Shown here: positions 37,336 through 51,172 of the stretch, in pieces
How positions within the stretch are numbered: position 1 is the stretch's first letter
Layout of the letters: every line of letters begins with the position of its first letter
From: Eledone cirrhosa
Taxonomy: Eukaryota
Direction of reading: 5' to 3'
DNA length: 64,000 nt
Assembly (NCBI GenBank): GCA_964016885.1
Contig: OZ024746.1
Location: forward strand, 12,896,001 to 12,960,000
The notes under the pieces: generated by a model
Told to the model about the DNA's origin: nothing
The model's database searches: none
What the model saw: the letters and a program-made list of their open reading frames with translations, nothing else
Translations under genes and position numbers: made by a program

Positions 37336-37792
37336 GGTCTAAAAAAATATTTATGTTTAAATTAAAACCTCCTGTAATAATTTCTCTACCTTTTAAGTTA
37401 AGATTCAAACACCAGAAACTGAGTTATTTTGTTGAATCTATTCATGTAATATATTTCAGTAGAATTATTCTCATGAATAGGTTAATGTAGTAGCTTTTAA
37501 TGTATAGGCAGGAGTTTAACACACTATAAAATGTCAAAGTAGGCTACTAAGGATTTCGTATCAAGCTACTGGGAGTGTCATAATAAATTGTAATGGATGT
37601 CTCAGGCTATTGCTAAGTATGTCACATCAAACTATTGAGTAAATTGCCTGAGTTATCGCGGGTTTTTTTTTTAATCTTCTTTCTGACATTTCCAATATTA
37701 ATTGTACTGTAGCAATTGATAGACTCCCAACAACCACAGATTGTGATATGGCTTCAATAAAGCTATTTCATTCCACCTATGTTGCTATTAGC

Positions 37793-37976
37793 CTTTCTGT
37801 TGACTCTCCCTGTCGGACGGGAAGATTTTGGGGTGGGTGAGAGATGTCTTCTCTTGTGAAAATGGCTATAGCTTTCATTGTGTAAAATCTGCCCATTTTG
37901 CCTTATTTCTACCCGTTTTGGGGCACTTTTTTTCATGGTACTCCCCGTTTGGGTTTTTAGAGGTTGGCAAGTCTGC
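37793..37976 (-). mobile_element. TIR MITE family (CAGACCTGCCAAC ends)
   Basis: Similar copies at about 38477-38627 and 51173-51387. Confidence 0.7.
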
Positions 37977-38696
37977 AATTATTCCAATTAAACTTGTTGC
38001 TGGGTTTTGGTGCTTTGAGGGACTCCAGAATATTCTGTGGACATTCTATTTCCCATGGGAATTTTTCGAGCAGCTTCTTTGGTTAACTTTTTTGTTTGTG
38101 TTTTAAATATATTTTTGTTCTTTGTTCTTGTTTTGAGAAGAAAAGTGAGTAAAGTTGAGACCCCAAGGAACGTGTTTCAAGGCATTTTTTTTTCCTTCTA
38201 GAACTAACGATGAAACGTAATCCTTGGGGTGTAGCTTTTTAACAATATTATATATGTGGTTAAGGGTGGTGGAATTGACAATCATTATTGCATCAGATGA
38301 AATTGCATTACAGTATTTCATTACGACTCTTTACATTCTGAATTCAAATCCACAGCAACCAAATTATGTCATTCTTTATTTCTTTTAAAACTTCAGCTCA
38401 CAAGAAACATTCATTTATAACCTAGGCACCTCATAAAAGATCTGCCCAGCTTTCACAAGCTGAGACCACAAAATAGTAGACCTGCCAACTTCTAAAAACC
38501 CAAACGGGGAGTACCATGAAAAAGTGCCCGAAAACAGGGAGAAATAAGGCAAAATGGAAAGATTTTACATAATGAAAGCTATGCCCATTTTCAGAAGAGA
38601 CGATATCTTTCACCCACCCCAAAATGGGTACTTTATTTTATCGAGACCGTAAGGATGAAAGGTAAAGTTAACCTCGGCGGGAACTCAGAGAAGGGG

Positions 38697-38747
<51 letters not shown>

Positions 38748-38989
38748 TTTTCTTTATTAACCACAAGGGTTTACATAAAGTAGACATTAAGGACAGTACA
38801 GGACAATACAGGACGGTACAAATGGGCATTTCTGCGTGTAAAAAAACAGCGGATGAAATAAAATAACAAAGAAAAATTCCCCAATAGGGGGGAGACTTCC
38901 GAGGGACATTTGTGGAGAAAGCCCATTAAAAGACCACAGTGGCCCTGACCACCAGGGCAAGTGCCCTCTCCCAGTTTTCCACCTTTAAT

Positions 38990-41900
38990 TTACAGACACA
39001 TACTCAGAGAAGGCCCATTCATTCGGGCCATACTTGCTTCTCTCACCCATCTTTCAACAAAATGCTGGGAAGAGAGCACTTCCCTCTCTACCCTGATTTT
39101 CCTTTTCAAATGAAATTTGAAAAAGTTAATCAGGGCATCACCGAAGAGGTAAGTGCTCGTCTTCAGCCCTTTCAAACGTGTCCACCATACTATCTCTTTC
39201 GCCATGGCCACCAGACAGATAAAAACTGCCTGCCCTTCCCGGCTAAAGGAAGGGGGCGGGGCAATCCTCACGATGGACTCAGCTGATAGCTGGATCCGTC
39301 CTACACGTGACAGCAGGTGTTCGACATAAACCCACAAGTCAGCAATGCTCGGACACTGGACGAGTGCGTGCAGGACGGTTTCGTCGCCCTGTGCGCATCT
39401 CGGACATGCTCGGCTGACGGCACCTCCATGCCTGTAAAGTTTATCCCGAACTGGCAAAGCACCCCGGTAGCACTGCCAGGCCAGGGATTTCTGGAAGTTG
39501 TCCATAGGCCCCGGCCCGAAAGTCCTTCCGAAGAGATTGGCTAGTTGATTTTCGTCGACGCCTAGAGTTTCTCCAAGTACGTCGTGGCTCTTCCCCTCCA
39601 CTAATCCCCTATAGAACGCCAAGGTGGAGTTTCCACCGATCACATTGCCCGATTGGTCGAGGGCTGTGAGCGCCTGAAGACATTCCAGTCTCCAAGCGCT
39701 CCCTCTCGGTCTTCGCTTGACCCAGGACTGCAGCTCCGTCAAGGAGACTAGCTGGTGAAAAACGTGTCTAGCAAACGGCGACCACACCTGATCACCGTCG
39801 AGGAAGAGGTGGAGATGTCGTAGCCTGAGCGCGTGTCTGCGCATCATCAGCCACGGCATGCCCAGCCCTCCACGTAGCGGGTGTTGACAGCAGATGGACC
39901 GCCTGACCATCGGAGCGCGTCCCTTCCACAAGAAGCGAAAGAGCAAACTCTCCAGCGCAGTCAGGCGGGGCTTAGGACAAGGTACGACGGTCAGGCGGTA
40001 GTAGATGACGGACGCGATGTATGCGTTAGCCACCTCCGCTCGACCTTTCAGGGATAGCTTCCTCTCGGCCCATTTCTGGGTGAGAGAAGCCACCCTGCTC
40101 GTCACCTCGTCCCAGTTTTTGTCCGTCTGGAGGTCTGGACCGAACCAGACCCCTAGCAATTTAACCGGTCCGTCCGTCCAGCGCCCGACGACGCTGTTGG
40201 ACGGCATGGACCTGCCTCTCCAGGTGCCGAGCTGCAGGCCCACTGACTTTTCCTGGTTGATCATTGCTCCTGTCACCGCTTCGTATTCTCTTAGTGTAGT
40301 GCCGATCGCCTCGATGTGTTTGGCGTTCGACACCACTACGGTGACATCGTCGGCATATGCTGACACGGATCTTCCGCATCCTAGTTCGCGCGGGACCCCC
40401 CTCAACGTCTCCAGTTTGTGCAGTAATGGCTCGAGAGTCAATACGTACAATAGGGACGAGAGGGGACATCCTTGGCGGACCGAGCGCATGATGTTGAACG
40501 GTTCCGAAAGGTGACCGTTCACTCTCACTACAGAGCAGATGTCGCTGTGCATGGCAGCGATCCAGCCTCTGAAGACGGGCCCAAAGCCATCCGCCCTCAG
40601 GACTGCCGCTAGGTAACGATGGTCGACCCTATCGAAGGCTTTCGACTGATCTAAATTGATCAAAGACCCACCCGTGCCAGGTTCCCTAGCTACCTTCTCT
40701 ACGATGTATCGCATGAGGTGGAGGTTGTCGTGGATGGATCTGTCGGGAATGGCGCATGTCTGTGCCTCTCCCACCAGACCACCAACGACAAGCGCCAACC
40801 TCTTTGCTAGCACCTTGGCAAAAATCTTGAACTCTGTGTTTAGCAGAGTTATGGGCCTAAAATTATCTATGTTATCCCCCTTGTTCGGATCCTTTCTCAG
40901 TAGCGCCACCGCTCCTCGGCTCACAGAGCTGGGAATTCTCCCGTTCTGTTGCCAGTTGCAGTAGACGTCCGCCAAGAGGCCTCCGAACAAGTCTGGCATT
41001 TGTACGTAAAGTTCATAGGGCAGACCATCCAAACCAGGCGATTTACCCCTTGTGCAACTAGTCATTGCATCCCGTACTTCAGCGGTTGTTATCGGCTTTT
41101 CGCAACACTCCGCCTCAGTGGCCGAAAGCCACGGCAGTCCGTCGAGGTAGACACTAAAGTCCATCCCTCGATCCGGCCCGCCACTGCCCCCGAACAGTTG
41201 AGCGAAGTGTCGCTGAAAAGCTTCACACATTTGCCCGGGATCGAGTAGCATGCGCCCGTCGTGGTCCACCAAAGACCGGATCGTGGCTTTGTTGCCACGA
41301 CGCGCCTCCGCCACTCAGGCCCATTGAACGGCTTTCGTCCCCTCGTGTCTGAGAGCACGCACCCTAGCTCTGACAACGCAGCCTTCGTGCTTTGCATTGA
41401 AGAATTGGTCAAGGCCCAATTTCGCCGCAAGTACGTCGGTCGCGATGCCTTTGCTAAGCGCCTCATCTAATTTTCTAACTAATTCTCCCTCTGCTCTATT
41501 TTTCTCTATTACTAAAGTCTTACTAAACCTAATGGACTCTATTCTAATTGCTCTTTTCAGAGCAAACCACCACTTGTTGTTGACGATGGCCCCCGTCAAC
41601 GCCCGCTTAACTAGTTCGCTAATCCGGTCTCTGTAGGCCTTGCGCGCTGGTAAGGACGCGTTTAGCTTCCAGTAGCCGGGTCCTCGTCTATGAAGCCTAT
41701 CTAAGTCAAGCACACAGATCACAAATTTGTGGTCCGTGTAGCTGACTATCTTGAATTGTGGACAGCCTATGCTAGACCTATCTATTTCCCTACAAAATAC
41801 TCTATCTAGATATGATCTGGATGACCCTATGCGATTTGTCCAAGTCCACATTGGTACATTCGGGAAATCCATTCGGTACCTGTCAGACAGTTCAAAACGT

Positions 41901-42409
41901 CTGAGCAGGTTGGTGAGACTCTTGCACCCTCCTTCCCTATCCACTAATCCAACACAATCCCAGCGTGCATCTAAGATCCCGTTCCAGTCGCCCACTAACA
42001 CTAAAGAGCGGGACGTTCCAAGAAAGGTCTCCAGACGCCGGAAGAAATCAGGCCGCCCTGCTCCTGTCGGGGCATAGACGGCCACTAACCTGAAAGCTTG
42101 CCCGTCTCCGCTGGTCACGTCCAGCACCACCAACTTACCTTCTGGGTCTAGGAAGATGGCCCGTATGGCAAGATCCAAACCTCTCCGAAAAAGCACAGCA
42201 ACTCCTCCCCCCGATCCCGGACGGCTGGGAGATGCGTACACATCGTAGCCGCCGAAGATCGGTGCGAAAGCCTGTGCTTCGGAGATTCTGGTCTCGCTGA
42301 TGGCCACTACATCTATGTTTAGTGACCTGAGGTCGTTGAGCAGGTGGCCCTGCTTCCATGACGACCCCAAGCCACGCGCATTTATGCTGCCTATTCTAAG
42401 TGAGGTCAT
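38990..42409 (-). pseudogene. Tx1-type ORF2 (APE endonuclease, RT, C-terminal CxxC-H-C); one in-frame TGA at 41315-41317
   Basis: Two abutting in-frame ORFs (364 and 774 aa) with SINARGL, ISET, GDWN, LDR, TDH, KSPGLDG, FRPITLLN, DQSKAFDRV, QGCPLS, YADD and CPRC...HALVQC. Confidence 0.95.
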
Positions 42410-42443
42410 GTTGAAAAGGAGTGGAAAAGATGGGAAAGACCAC

Positions 42444-44400
42444 TTACCTTACTTCTCGTAGGGGAAGGACGGTTTTTCCATCCTTTTCACTGCTTGTGGC
42501 CTCCTCAGGAAGGATGTCCTTATAAATCCTCCTGGAGAGTGCTTGTCGGAAGTCTCCGATGTCTTTGGGGAATTTTTTTTTTTAGTGTCATGTACGTTTT
42601 CTGTGTGATGCGAGTGATTTGTATGTGTGGAGGTGGTGTGAATTTTTGGGTTGTTGTGTAGTCTTTTTCTGTGATGCTGGTGTTGTGTTGGATGTAGTAT
42701 AATAATTGCTTGTTGTTCAAATTTAATGCTGTGTAGTGTGTATCGTTTTGGTTGTTTTGTTTTGTTTTCGTTTGTTGTGGGTTTGTTTCTGTTTCGCATT
42801 TTGGTGACTTTTGTGATGTAGGTGATGGTGGTGTTGGGGTTAATGATGGTGATAGTGTTGGTGTTTGGGTTGATGGGGTTGGTGATGCTGGTGTGGATGG
42901 TGGCATATCTGTCCTAACTTTTTTGTTTCTTAATTTATTTGTTTCCCTCTGTATTTTGTTTTTGGAGGGGGAAGGAAGAGTACTTTTTCTTTTTTGGTTT
43001 CTTTTTTTTTTCCGGATATCGTTTCCCACTCCTCGTCGACACAATCTGTCTCCAGTTGTGATAGGCCGGGGAGTGGAAAATCCTCCACAGGCGTTAGTTT
43101 TGCTTGTGGCGTGGTGGATGGTGTAGGCGCTGGTGCTAGTTCTGAAGCGTTGGGTGGTGGTGGTGGTGGCGGTGTTGGTTTTGCTACTGTTGCTGGGGTT
43201 GTTGCTGTTATAGTTGCTTCTGTTGTTGCTGCTACAGTTGTTGCTGCCATCTCTGCTACTGGTGGTGTTGATGGTTGTGTCACTGGGGTGGGTAGGAGAG
43301 GTGGCCTCAACCTTTTAGCCTGAGGGCAGAAAGCCCTTAGGTGGGTTCCTTCACCACAAACGACACACCTAGGTCTTCTGCCCTCGACAATTACCGTGAG
43401 GTGGCTGCCGTCAGTGAGGTCTATTACCTCTGGGATCTCCTCAATGCTTTTTTGGTCCGCTTGGATCAGGAGCTCCATCCCAGATCCGGACCAGTTCTCC
43501 TGCTTTTCTTTTGCTATTGCTATTATTTTTGTGTTGGCTTCGATGCCGGCGAGGACGGCCGCTATTAGCCAGGGAATTTCGATGGCCGGTGGAACGTGAG
43601 TCACCCTGATCTTTACGAGTCTCTGGCCACAATAGCTTGGGACGAGTGTGAAGTCGTCACTTCTTAATGGGGCCATGGAGTGTTCTCTAGCCTCCTCTGG
43701 TGTTTCAAAGAACACGTCCACGGTTCCATACTTCTGCCCACGTCTGATGTGGGTTTTTCTTGCCCACACATGTCCCAAAGCTTTTTGGATTTGGGACTCG
43801 AATGCCCGTTCCACTCGGCGCGATTTTACATTTATTGTTCGATACGACACGGTGCATAGGCGCCGATGCTCCATTTTATTAGGTGGGGGGGGGGGGGCTG
43901 ACCCTGTACCCATCTTTCTTTACCATTTGTTTGGCATTTTCTAAATCCTCCTGAGTTACCGTAACTGCTTCGAACTGTTTTGCTACTCTGGCAAAACTGA
44001 CGGTGGTTTTTATAATGTCATTGTTGTTGTTGTTGCTATCGTTATTTGTGTTAATATTAATTTTAGTTTCAGTTGTGGTGGTGGTGACGTCAGTCGTCTT
44101 TGGTGGGGAAGAGTCCATTTTGCTTGATTTCATTTCGACATCACGAGTTAATTTATTTTTTTCTTCTTTTGTTTCTGTTGTCGCGGTGGTGGTGGGGGTG
44201 GTGGTTGTCGCGGTGGTGGTGGTGGTGGAGGTTTTAACACCTGCAGTCATTGGTAATGGCGGGAAATGAATGTCTGCCTGAGACAAATTTAAAATATTGC
44301 TAGTACTTATATTTTTTGTAGTGTTGGCAAACGTAGTAACATTTACAATGGTGGTGTCGGTGTGAGGTGTTAATTTGTGAGGAAGGCTTTCAGCTGCTTG
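42444..44400 (-). pseudogene. Tx1-type ORF1 (gag-like, zinc knuckle), frameshifted at homopolymers
   Basis: CVVCGEGTHLRAFC knuckle. The segments align with copy B ORF1, and the frame changes at the G-run near 43890 and the T-runs near 43005 and 42578. Confidence 0.85.
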
Positions 44401-44626
44401 GTGCAGAGGTTAATTAGCCAATTTTTTCAAAGAAATTTTTTTGATAATAATAAAAGTTTAAATTTTGGGCACAAGGCCCCAATCTTTTTGGGTGTCCTTT
44501 TCGGAAAACAATGTATGTGCGCTTATGGTTAACAATAAAAATTTTCCATAAATGGCAATTTTTAACAAACGGAAATAACAAACCTTTGCGGAGCTCACGA
44601 TGATACGATTTACTACGTAGGTCGCC

Positions 44627-44661
<35 letters not shown>

Positions 44662-47600
44662 TTTCTTTATTGGCCACAGGGGCTGACATCAAGAAAAACA
44701 TTACAGACGGCACAGGACGGTACAATGTGGGTTTTGTTCGTGTAAAGATTTTTTATTATTTATATAAGAAAAGAAAAAGAAAAAGAAAAAGACATAGAAA
44801 CATATATATAAACAATAAAAATGAAAATTGAAACAATGACAAATTCCCCGATAGGGGGGAAACCTCCGAGGGTTGCTCGTGGCGAAAACCACACAAAAGA
44901 CCACGGCCACCATGACCACCAGGGCAAGCGCCCTCTCTCAATTTTTCCATTTCTCAAACTACAGGCGTATATTTAGAGCGATCCCGTTCCCTCGGACCAT
45001 TCTCGCTACATTCACCCACCTTTCAACAAACTTCCTAGAAGGCAGCACTTGCCTCTCCACCCTGATTTTCCTCTTCAAGTGAAACTTGAAAAAGTTAATT
45101 AGGGATTCGCCGAAGAGGAAAGTGTCTGTCTTTAACCCTTTCAACCTTGTCCACCACACAATCTCTTTCGCCATGGCCAACAGGCAGAGTAAAACCGCCT
45201 GCCCTTCCTCCTCGAAGGAAGACGGCGAGACCATCTGCACAATGGACTCAGTCGATAACCAGATCAGTCCTACACGCGACAGCAACTGTTCGACATAGCT
45301 CCATAAGTCAGTAATGCTCGGGCACTGAACGAGTGCGTGCACGACGGTTTCCTCGCTCTGCGCGCATCTCGGACAGGCTCGGTTGACGGCGCTTCCGTTC
45401 CTGTAGAGCTTATCTCGAACCGGCAGCGCTCCCCGGTAGCAATGCCAGGCCAGGGATTTTTGGAAGTTATCCATAGGCCCTGGGCTGAAAGTTCTCCGGA
45501 AGAGAGCAAACAGCTGATCTTCTTCGACGCCCAGGATCTCTCCGAGAACGTCGTCGCTCTTCCCCTCCACTAGTCCTCTATAGAACGCCGAGGTGGATGT
45601 TCCACCGATACTGGTGCCCAGCTGGCAGAGGGCAGTGAGCGCCTGGAGACATTCCGGTTTCCAAGCGCTATCCCTCGGTCTTTTCCTGGCCCAGGACGAG
45701 TTGTGAAGGAGACGAGTTGTGGGAAAACGTGCCTGGCGAACGGCGACCACATCTGTTCACCGTCAAGGAAGCACCAGAGATATCGCAGCCTCAGTGCATG
45801 TTTGCGCATCATCAGCCATGGCATGCCCAGTCCTCCACGCAACGGGTGTTGACAGCAGATGGATCGTCTGACCATGGGAGCGCGTCCCTTCCACAAAAAG
45901 CGGAAGAGGAGGCGCTCCATTTTGGTGAGAGTTGGGCCGGGGCAAGGGTCGACGGTGAGGCGGTAGCAGATGACGGATGCGATGTACGCATTCGCCACCT
46001 CCGCCCGGCCTTTCAGGGACAGCTTCCTCTCGGCCCATTTCTGGGTGAGGGAGGCCACCGTGCTCGTCACCTCGTTCCAGTTTTTCTCCATCTGGAAGTC
46101 CGGTCCGAACCAGACCCCGAGCAATTTAACCGGTCTGTCCGTCCAACGCCACACGACGCTGTCGGACGGCATGGACTTGCTTCTCCAGGTGCTGAGCTGC
46201 AAGCCCACCGACTTTTCCTGGTTTATCTTTGCTCCTGTCACCGCTTCGTATTCCTTGAGAGCGGTGCCGAGCATGTGGACGTGTCTGGTGCTCGACACCA
46301 CCACGGTGACGTCGTCGGAGTAAGCCGACTCGGATTTCCCGCATCCTAGTTCGCGTGGGACGCCTCTCATCGCCCCCAGTTTGTGCAATAACGGCTCGAG
46401 AGCCTATACGTACAAGAGGGACGAGAGGGGACAACCCTGGCGGACTGAGCGCATGATGCTGAACGGCTGCGACAGGTGACCGTTCACCCTCACAACTGAG
46501 CAGATGTCACTGTACATCGCAGCGATCCAACCCCTGAAAACGGGCCCGAAACCGGCTGTCTCGAGGACCGCCGCCAGGTACCGATGGTCGACCCTATCGA
46601 ATGCTTTGGATTGATCCAAGTTGATCAGGGCCCCACCCGTGCCAGGTTCCTTAACCACCCTCTCTATGATGTATCGCATGAGGTGGAGGTTGTCGTGTAT
46701 GGATCTGTCCGGAATGGCGCATATCTGCGCCTCTCCGATCAGACCCTTGATGACAAGCGCCAACCTCGTTGCTAACACCTTGGCTAAAATCTTGAACTCT
46801 GCGTTTAGCAGAGTTATGGGCCTGAAATTATCGATAACATCCCCCTTGTTCGGGTCTTTTCTCAGCAGCACTACCGCTCCCCGGCTCAAAAAAACTGGGA
46901 ATGCTCCCGTTCTGCTGCCAGTTGCAGTAGACGTCTGCCAAGAGGTCACCGAACAAGTCTGGCATAAATGCATAAAGCTCGTAGGGCAGACCATCCAAAC
47001 CTGGCGATTTACCCCTCGTGCAGTTAGCCATCGCTTCTCGTATTTCACCGGCTGTTATTGGCTTTTCGCAACACTGTGCTGCGGTCGTCGAGAGCTAAGG
47101 CAATCCGTCGAGGTATGCACTGAAGTCCATGCCCCGATCCGGGTCGCCGCTGCTCCCGAACAGTTCAGCAAAGTGCTGCTGAAAAGCTTCACACATCTGC
47201 TCGGGTTCGAGCAACACGCACCCGTTTTGGTCAGACAAAGACCGAATTGTGGCTTTGTTGCCACGTCGCGCCTCTGCCACCCGGCATTGGACGGCTTTTG
47301 TCCCCTCGTGTTTCAGAGCACGCGCTCTAGCTCTGGCGACGCAGCCTTCGTGTTTTGCGTTGAAGAATTGGTCGAGTGCCAATCTCGCCGCAAGCACGTC
47401 GGTTGCGATGCCTGTCCTAAACGCCTCTTCTAGCTTTCTGACTAGCTCTCCCTCTACTCTATTTTCCTCTGTCACTATTCCTTTGCTTAAACCTAATCGA
47501 CTCTACTTTAATTGCTCTTTTCAGGGCGAACCACCACCTGTTGTTGACGACCGCTCCCGTCAACGCCCGCTTAACTAATACGCTAATCGGGTCTCAGTAG

Positions 47601-50200
47601 GCTTTGCGCGCCGGGAAAGACGCGTTCAGCTTCCAGTAACCGGGCCCTTGTCTATGAAGTCTGTCTATGTCGATCTCACAGATCACAAATTTTGGTCTGT
47701 GTAGTCGACTATTTTAAATTGAGGACAACTTATACTAGCCTTATCTAGTTCTCTGCAGAATACCCTATCGAGATACGATCTGGATGACCCGATGCGGTTT
47801 GTCCATGTCCACATTGGCACATTCAGGTGATCCAGTCGACACCTGTCAGACAGTTCAAAACGTCTGAGCAGGTTGGTGAGGCTCTTGCACCCTCCTCCCC
47901 TATCCACTAACCCCACACAATCCCAGCGTGCATCCAAGATACCGTTCCAGTCGCCCACTAACACCAAAGAGCGGGATGTTCCAAGAAAGGTCTCTAAACG
48001 TCTGAAGAAATCTGGCCGTCCTGCCCCTGTTGGGGCGTAGACGGCTACTAGCCTGAAAGCATTGCCTTCGCTGCCGGTCACGTCCAGCACCACCGACTTA
48101 CGTTCTGGGTCTAGGAAGATGGCCCGTATGGCGAGATCCAAGCCTCTCCGAAAAAGGACGGAAACCCCTCCCCCCGATCCTGGACGACTGGGAGATGCGT
48201 ATACATCGTAGCCGCCGAAGATCGGTGCGAAGGCTTGTGCTTCGGAGATTCTGGTCTCACTGATGGCCACCACATCTATGTTTAGTGACCTGAGGTCGTT
48301 GACCAGGTCACCCTGCTTTCAAGATGACCCCAGGCCACGTGCATTTATACTGCCTATTCTGAGTACAGCCATGTTGGATGAGAAACGGGGCAAGTGAGAA
48401 AGGGTCACTTACCTTGATCGTGTGGTGAAGGGACAGTAGAACCGCCCCTTTGACTGGTCATGGGTGTTTCCAAGAGGATGTCAGTGTACATCCTCTTGGT
48501 AACCGACCCTCTGAAGTCTCCAACTGCGTTGGGAAATTTTTGTTTTAAAGGTTTGTACTGTTCTATTGAGATTTCAATGATGCTTATGTTTGTCGGGAGA
48601 GTTCTTGGTGTTGGTGGGGTGTAGTAGTTTTTTTCTGTGATGTCTGTGTGCTGCTTTATATATTGTATGAGTTCTTTTTTTGCCATGTTTATGGCTGTGT
48701 ACTTTTTGGGGGTAGGGGTTATTTTGTTGCTGTTTTCTTCTAGTTGCTATTTGGTGTGTGTGTGTTTTGTTTTGTTTGCGTTGTTGGTGTTTTTGGTGAT
48801 GCTGGTGGTGGTGTGGTTGTTGTTGGCGGTGGTGCTTGTGGTGGTGATAGTGGTGGTGTTGCTGCAAGTTTCCTTGTTGCCTTTACCCCTCTTTGTGTGC
48901 CTTCGATTTTGGAGAGTGAATCTAAGGGGTTTTTTCTTTTTTGTTTTTTTGTGGCAGACCGTTTGCCACTTCACTCCCGCCTCAAACTCCATGTCGGATT
49001 CCATGGCGTCTGGGAAGAGTATGTTCTCCACGGCTGTTGGTGGTGGTAATGGAGCCCTTTTCGACAATTTTGTTGCTGGTGTAGCTACTTCAAATGTAGC
49101 TAGTGGTGTTGCCGCCACTGATGCTGCTGCTTTAGTTGTCCGTGGCCTTGGTACGGGTGCCACGGACGTTGCCCTCCTACTCACCGTGGAAGGGGTTTCT
49201 GCGTTTGTTGCCTGCCCTGCTCTTGGTAGCATCGGACCAGGTATTGGAAGGAGAGGGGCCTTCTTCTTCGCTGTCTTCTGCGGGCAAAAGGCCCTGAGGT
49301 GACCCTTCGACCCACAGAGATAACATTTTGGCCGTCTTCCTTCTACGCTTATAGAGAGTTGGAGTCCTTCCTCGATGTCTATGATATCGGGGATAGCGCC
49401 GATACATTCCTGGTCAGTTTGTATAAGAATTTGCATGCCTATACCTGACCAGTTCTCTCTCCCTATTTTTTCTACTTGCAGCATGGTCGTCCTGTCCTCG
49501 ATTCCAGCAAGGACAGACGCGGCCAGCCAAGGTATGGGCACGTTGGGTGGGACCTGGGTCACTTTGACCCTCACAATTTTCTGCCCGCAGTAGGAGGGCC
49601 CCAAGACTATCTCCTCACCCTTTAGGGTTTCCAAAGAGTGAGACTTTGCTTCCTGGGGGGTGGCGAAAATTACGTCTGCTGTGGCGTACTTTCTGTCTCG
49701 GGTGATGTGGGTTTTGCGTGCCCAGACGCACCCCAAGGCCTTTTGGATTTGAGCCTCCGTGGCTCTCTCCACCCGATGTGATATTTTGCTTACGGTGCGG
49801 TAAGTCACCGTCTATAGCTGCTGGTCCTTGAAAAAATCGGGTGGAGGTTTCAGGGAGACTCTATTGGCGCTTCCGGCCATCTCCTCCTCTGTGACTAACA
49901 CTGCCTCGATATTTCGGGCGACACTCGCAAAAGAAGTGGTCCCTTTTTCAGCAGCACCACTATTGCTGCCACTACTGGTCGTGCTGGTGGTGCTGAGATC
50001 GCTGTTACAGGTATCGATGTCATTGTTGATGTTTTTGTTGGTACAGTTGTTGGTGTTGTTGTTGTTGTTTTCGTTGATACTGTTGCTGTTGTTACTGTTA
50101 TTGTGGCTGTTGTTATTATTGTTGTTTTTATTGATACTGTTCCTACTATTATTGTTGTTGTGGCTGTTGTTATTGTCATTGTTATTGATGATGATGATGA
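44627..50200 (-). mobile_element. L1/Tx1-type non-LTR retrotransposon, diverged subfamily (copy B), several stops and frameshifts
   Basis: ORF1 pieces at 48405-50243 (CYLCGSKGHLRAFC), ORF2 pieces at 44959-48372 colinear with copy A, and an (ATT)n tail at 44627-44660. Confidence 0.95.
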
Positions 50201-50339
50201 TGATTGTGTGTTGTGCTCTTGAACAAGACACTTTATCACACATTACTACAGTCCATTCAGCTGAAAAAAAAAATGAGTCGTGACGTCACTGGTGCTAAAT
50301 TGTATTGATCTTTGCCTTTCCCTTGGAAAAGTAACACAT

Positions 50340-50790
50340 TCCTGCTACCCTTACATTTACAAGTGCCAACCCTTACCTATAGTCATGAATCTCGGGCAAT
50401 GACCGAAGAAAGAATGCGATCGCGAATACCAGCGGCCAAAATGGTATTCCCCTGAAGAGTCTTTGAAGTAACGTTAATCGATAGAGTTCGTAACTCAGAG
50501 ATCAGAGAGTTGCTCCAGGTTGAGCAGCTACTTCTCCGAATTGAGAGATCACAGCTCCGATACTATGGACATGTGGTTAGAATGTCTCAGGAAAGAATCG
50601 CTGGACAGATTTTACGAGTAAAACCAACCGGCAAAAGACTCAAGGGTTGACCCCGAGCAAAATGGTTGGATAACATCCATGAGCTTGGCTGGTCAGTTTG
50701 TCACCAAAAGGGAAAATATCTTTTGGATCTCCGCCAGTTTCGATGGCGGCTGTTGTTCACTCCCCACCCCCCACAAAACAGGCTGCTTGC
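50340..50790 (+). mobile_element. RTE LINE 3' fragment
   Basis: DRVRNSEIRE...IERSQLRYYGHVVRMSQERIA...PRAKWLDNI. Confidence 0.75.
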
Positions 50791-51172
50791 GAAATTAACC
50801 TGAAAATAGCTGAGCATTCCACAGACATGTGTACTCTTAACGTAGTTCTCAGGGAGATCCATCGTGACACATCTGATAAGGTCGACTCTTTGAATTACGA
50901 GTACAACTCATTTTTGCTAGCCGGGTGGACTGGAGTAACGTGAAATAAAGTGTCTTGCCCAAGGACACAACGCGGCGCCAGGAATCTTTAACGTGGTAAG
51001 CCAACCAACGTGCTTCGCTATTTTCCGTATGTAAATTTACTGTTTATTGCTATTGTAACGCTACGATGCTCTCTGTTTACTTACCAGTGTGACAACTGTC
51101 TCTCGCTCCACTCTCTTTCTCTTTGGGCTACTCTCATTCGTAGGCACTTGGCATCAAGAAGAGTACAGGCTG

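Larger units (their letters stand above)
38699..44410 (-). mobile_element. L1/Tx1-type non-LTR retrotransposon, near full length (copy A)
   Basis: ORF1 with a CCHC knuckle, ORF2 APE-RT-Cys domain, and a 3' UTR with AATAAA followed by (ATT)n. Confidence 0.95.

Noticed and set aside
41315-41317. In-frame TGA in Tx1 ORF2 as selenocysteine or programmed readthrough
   Set aside because: Copy B has an Arg codon (CGG) before the same VAEARRG, so a CpG-type CGA-to-TGA mutation is the simpler explanation. No SECIS was recognised.
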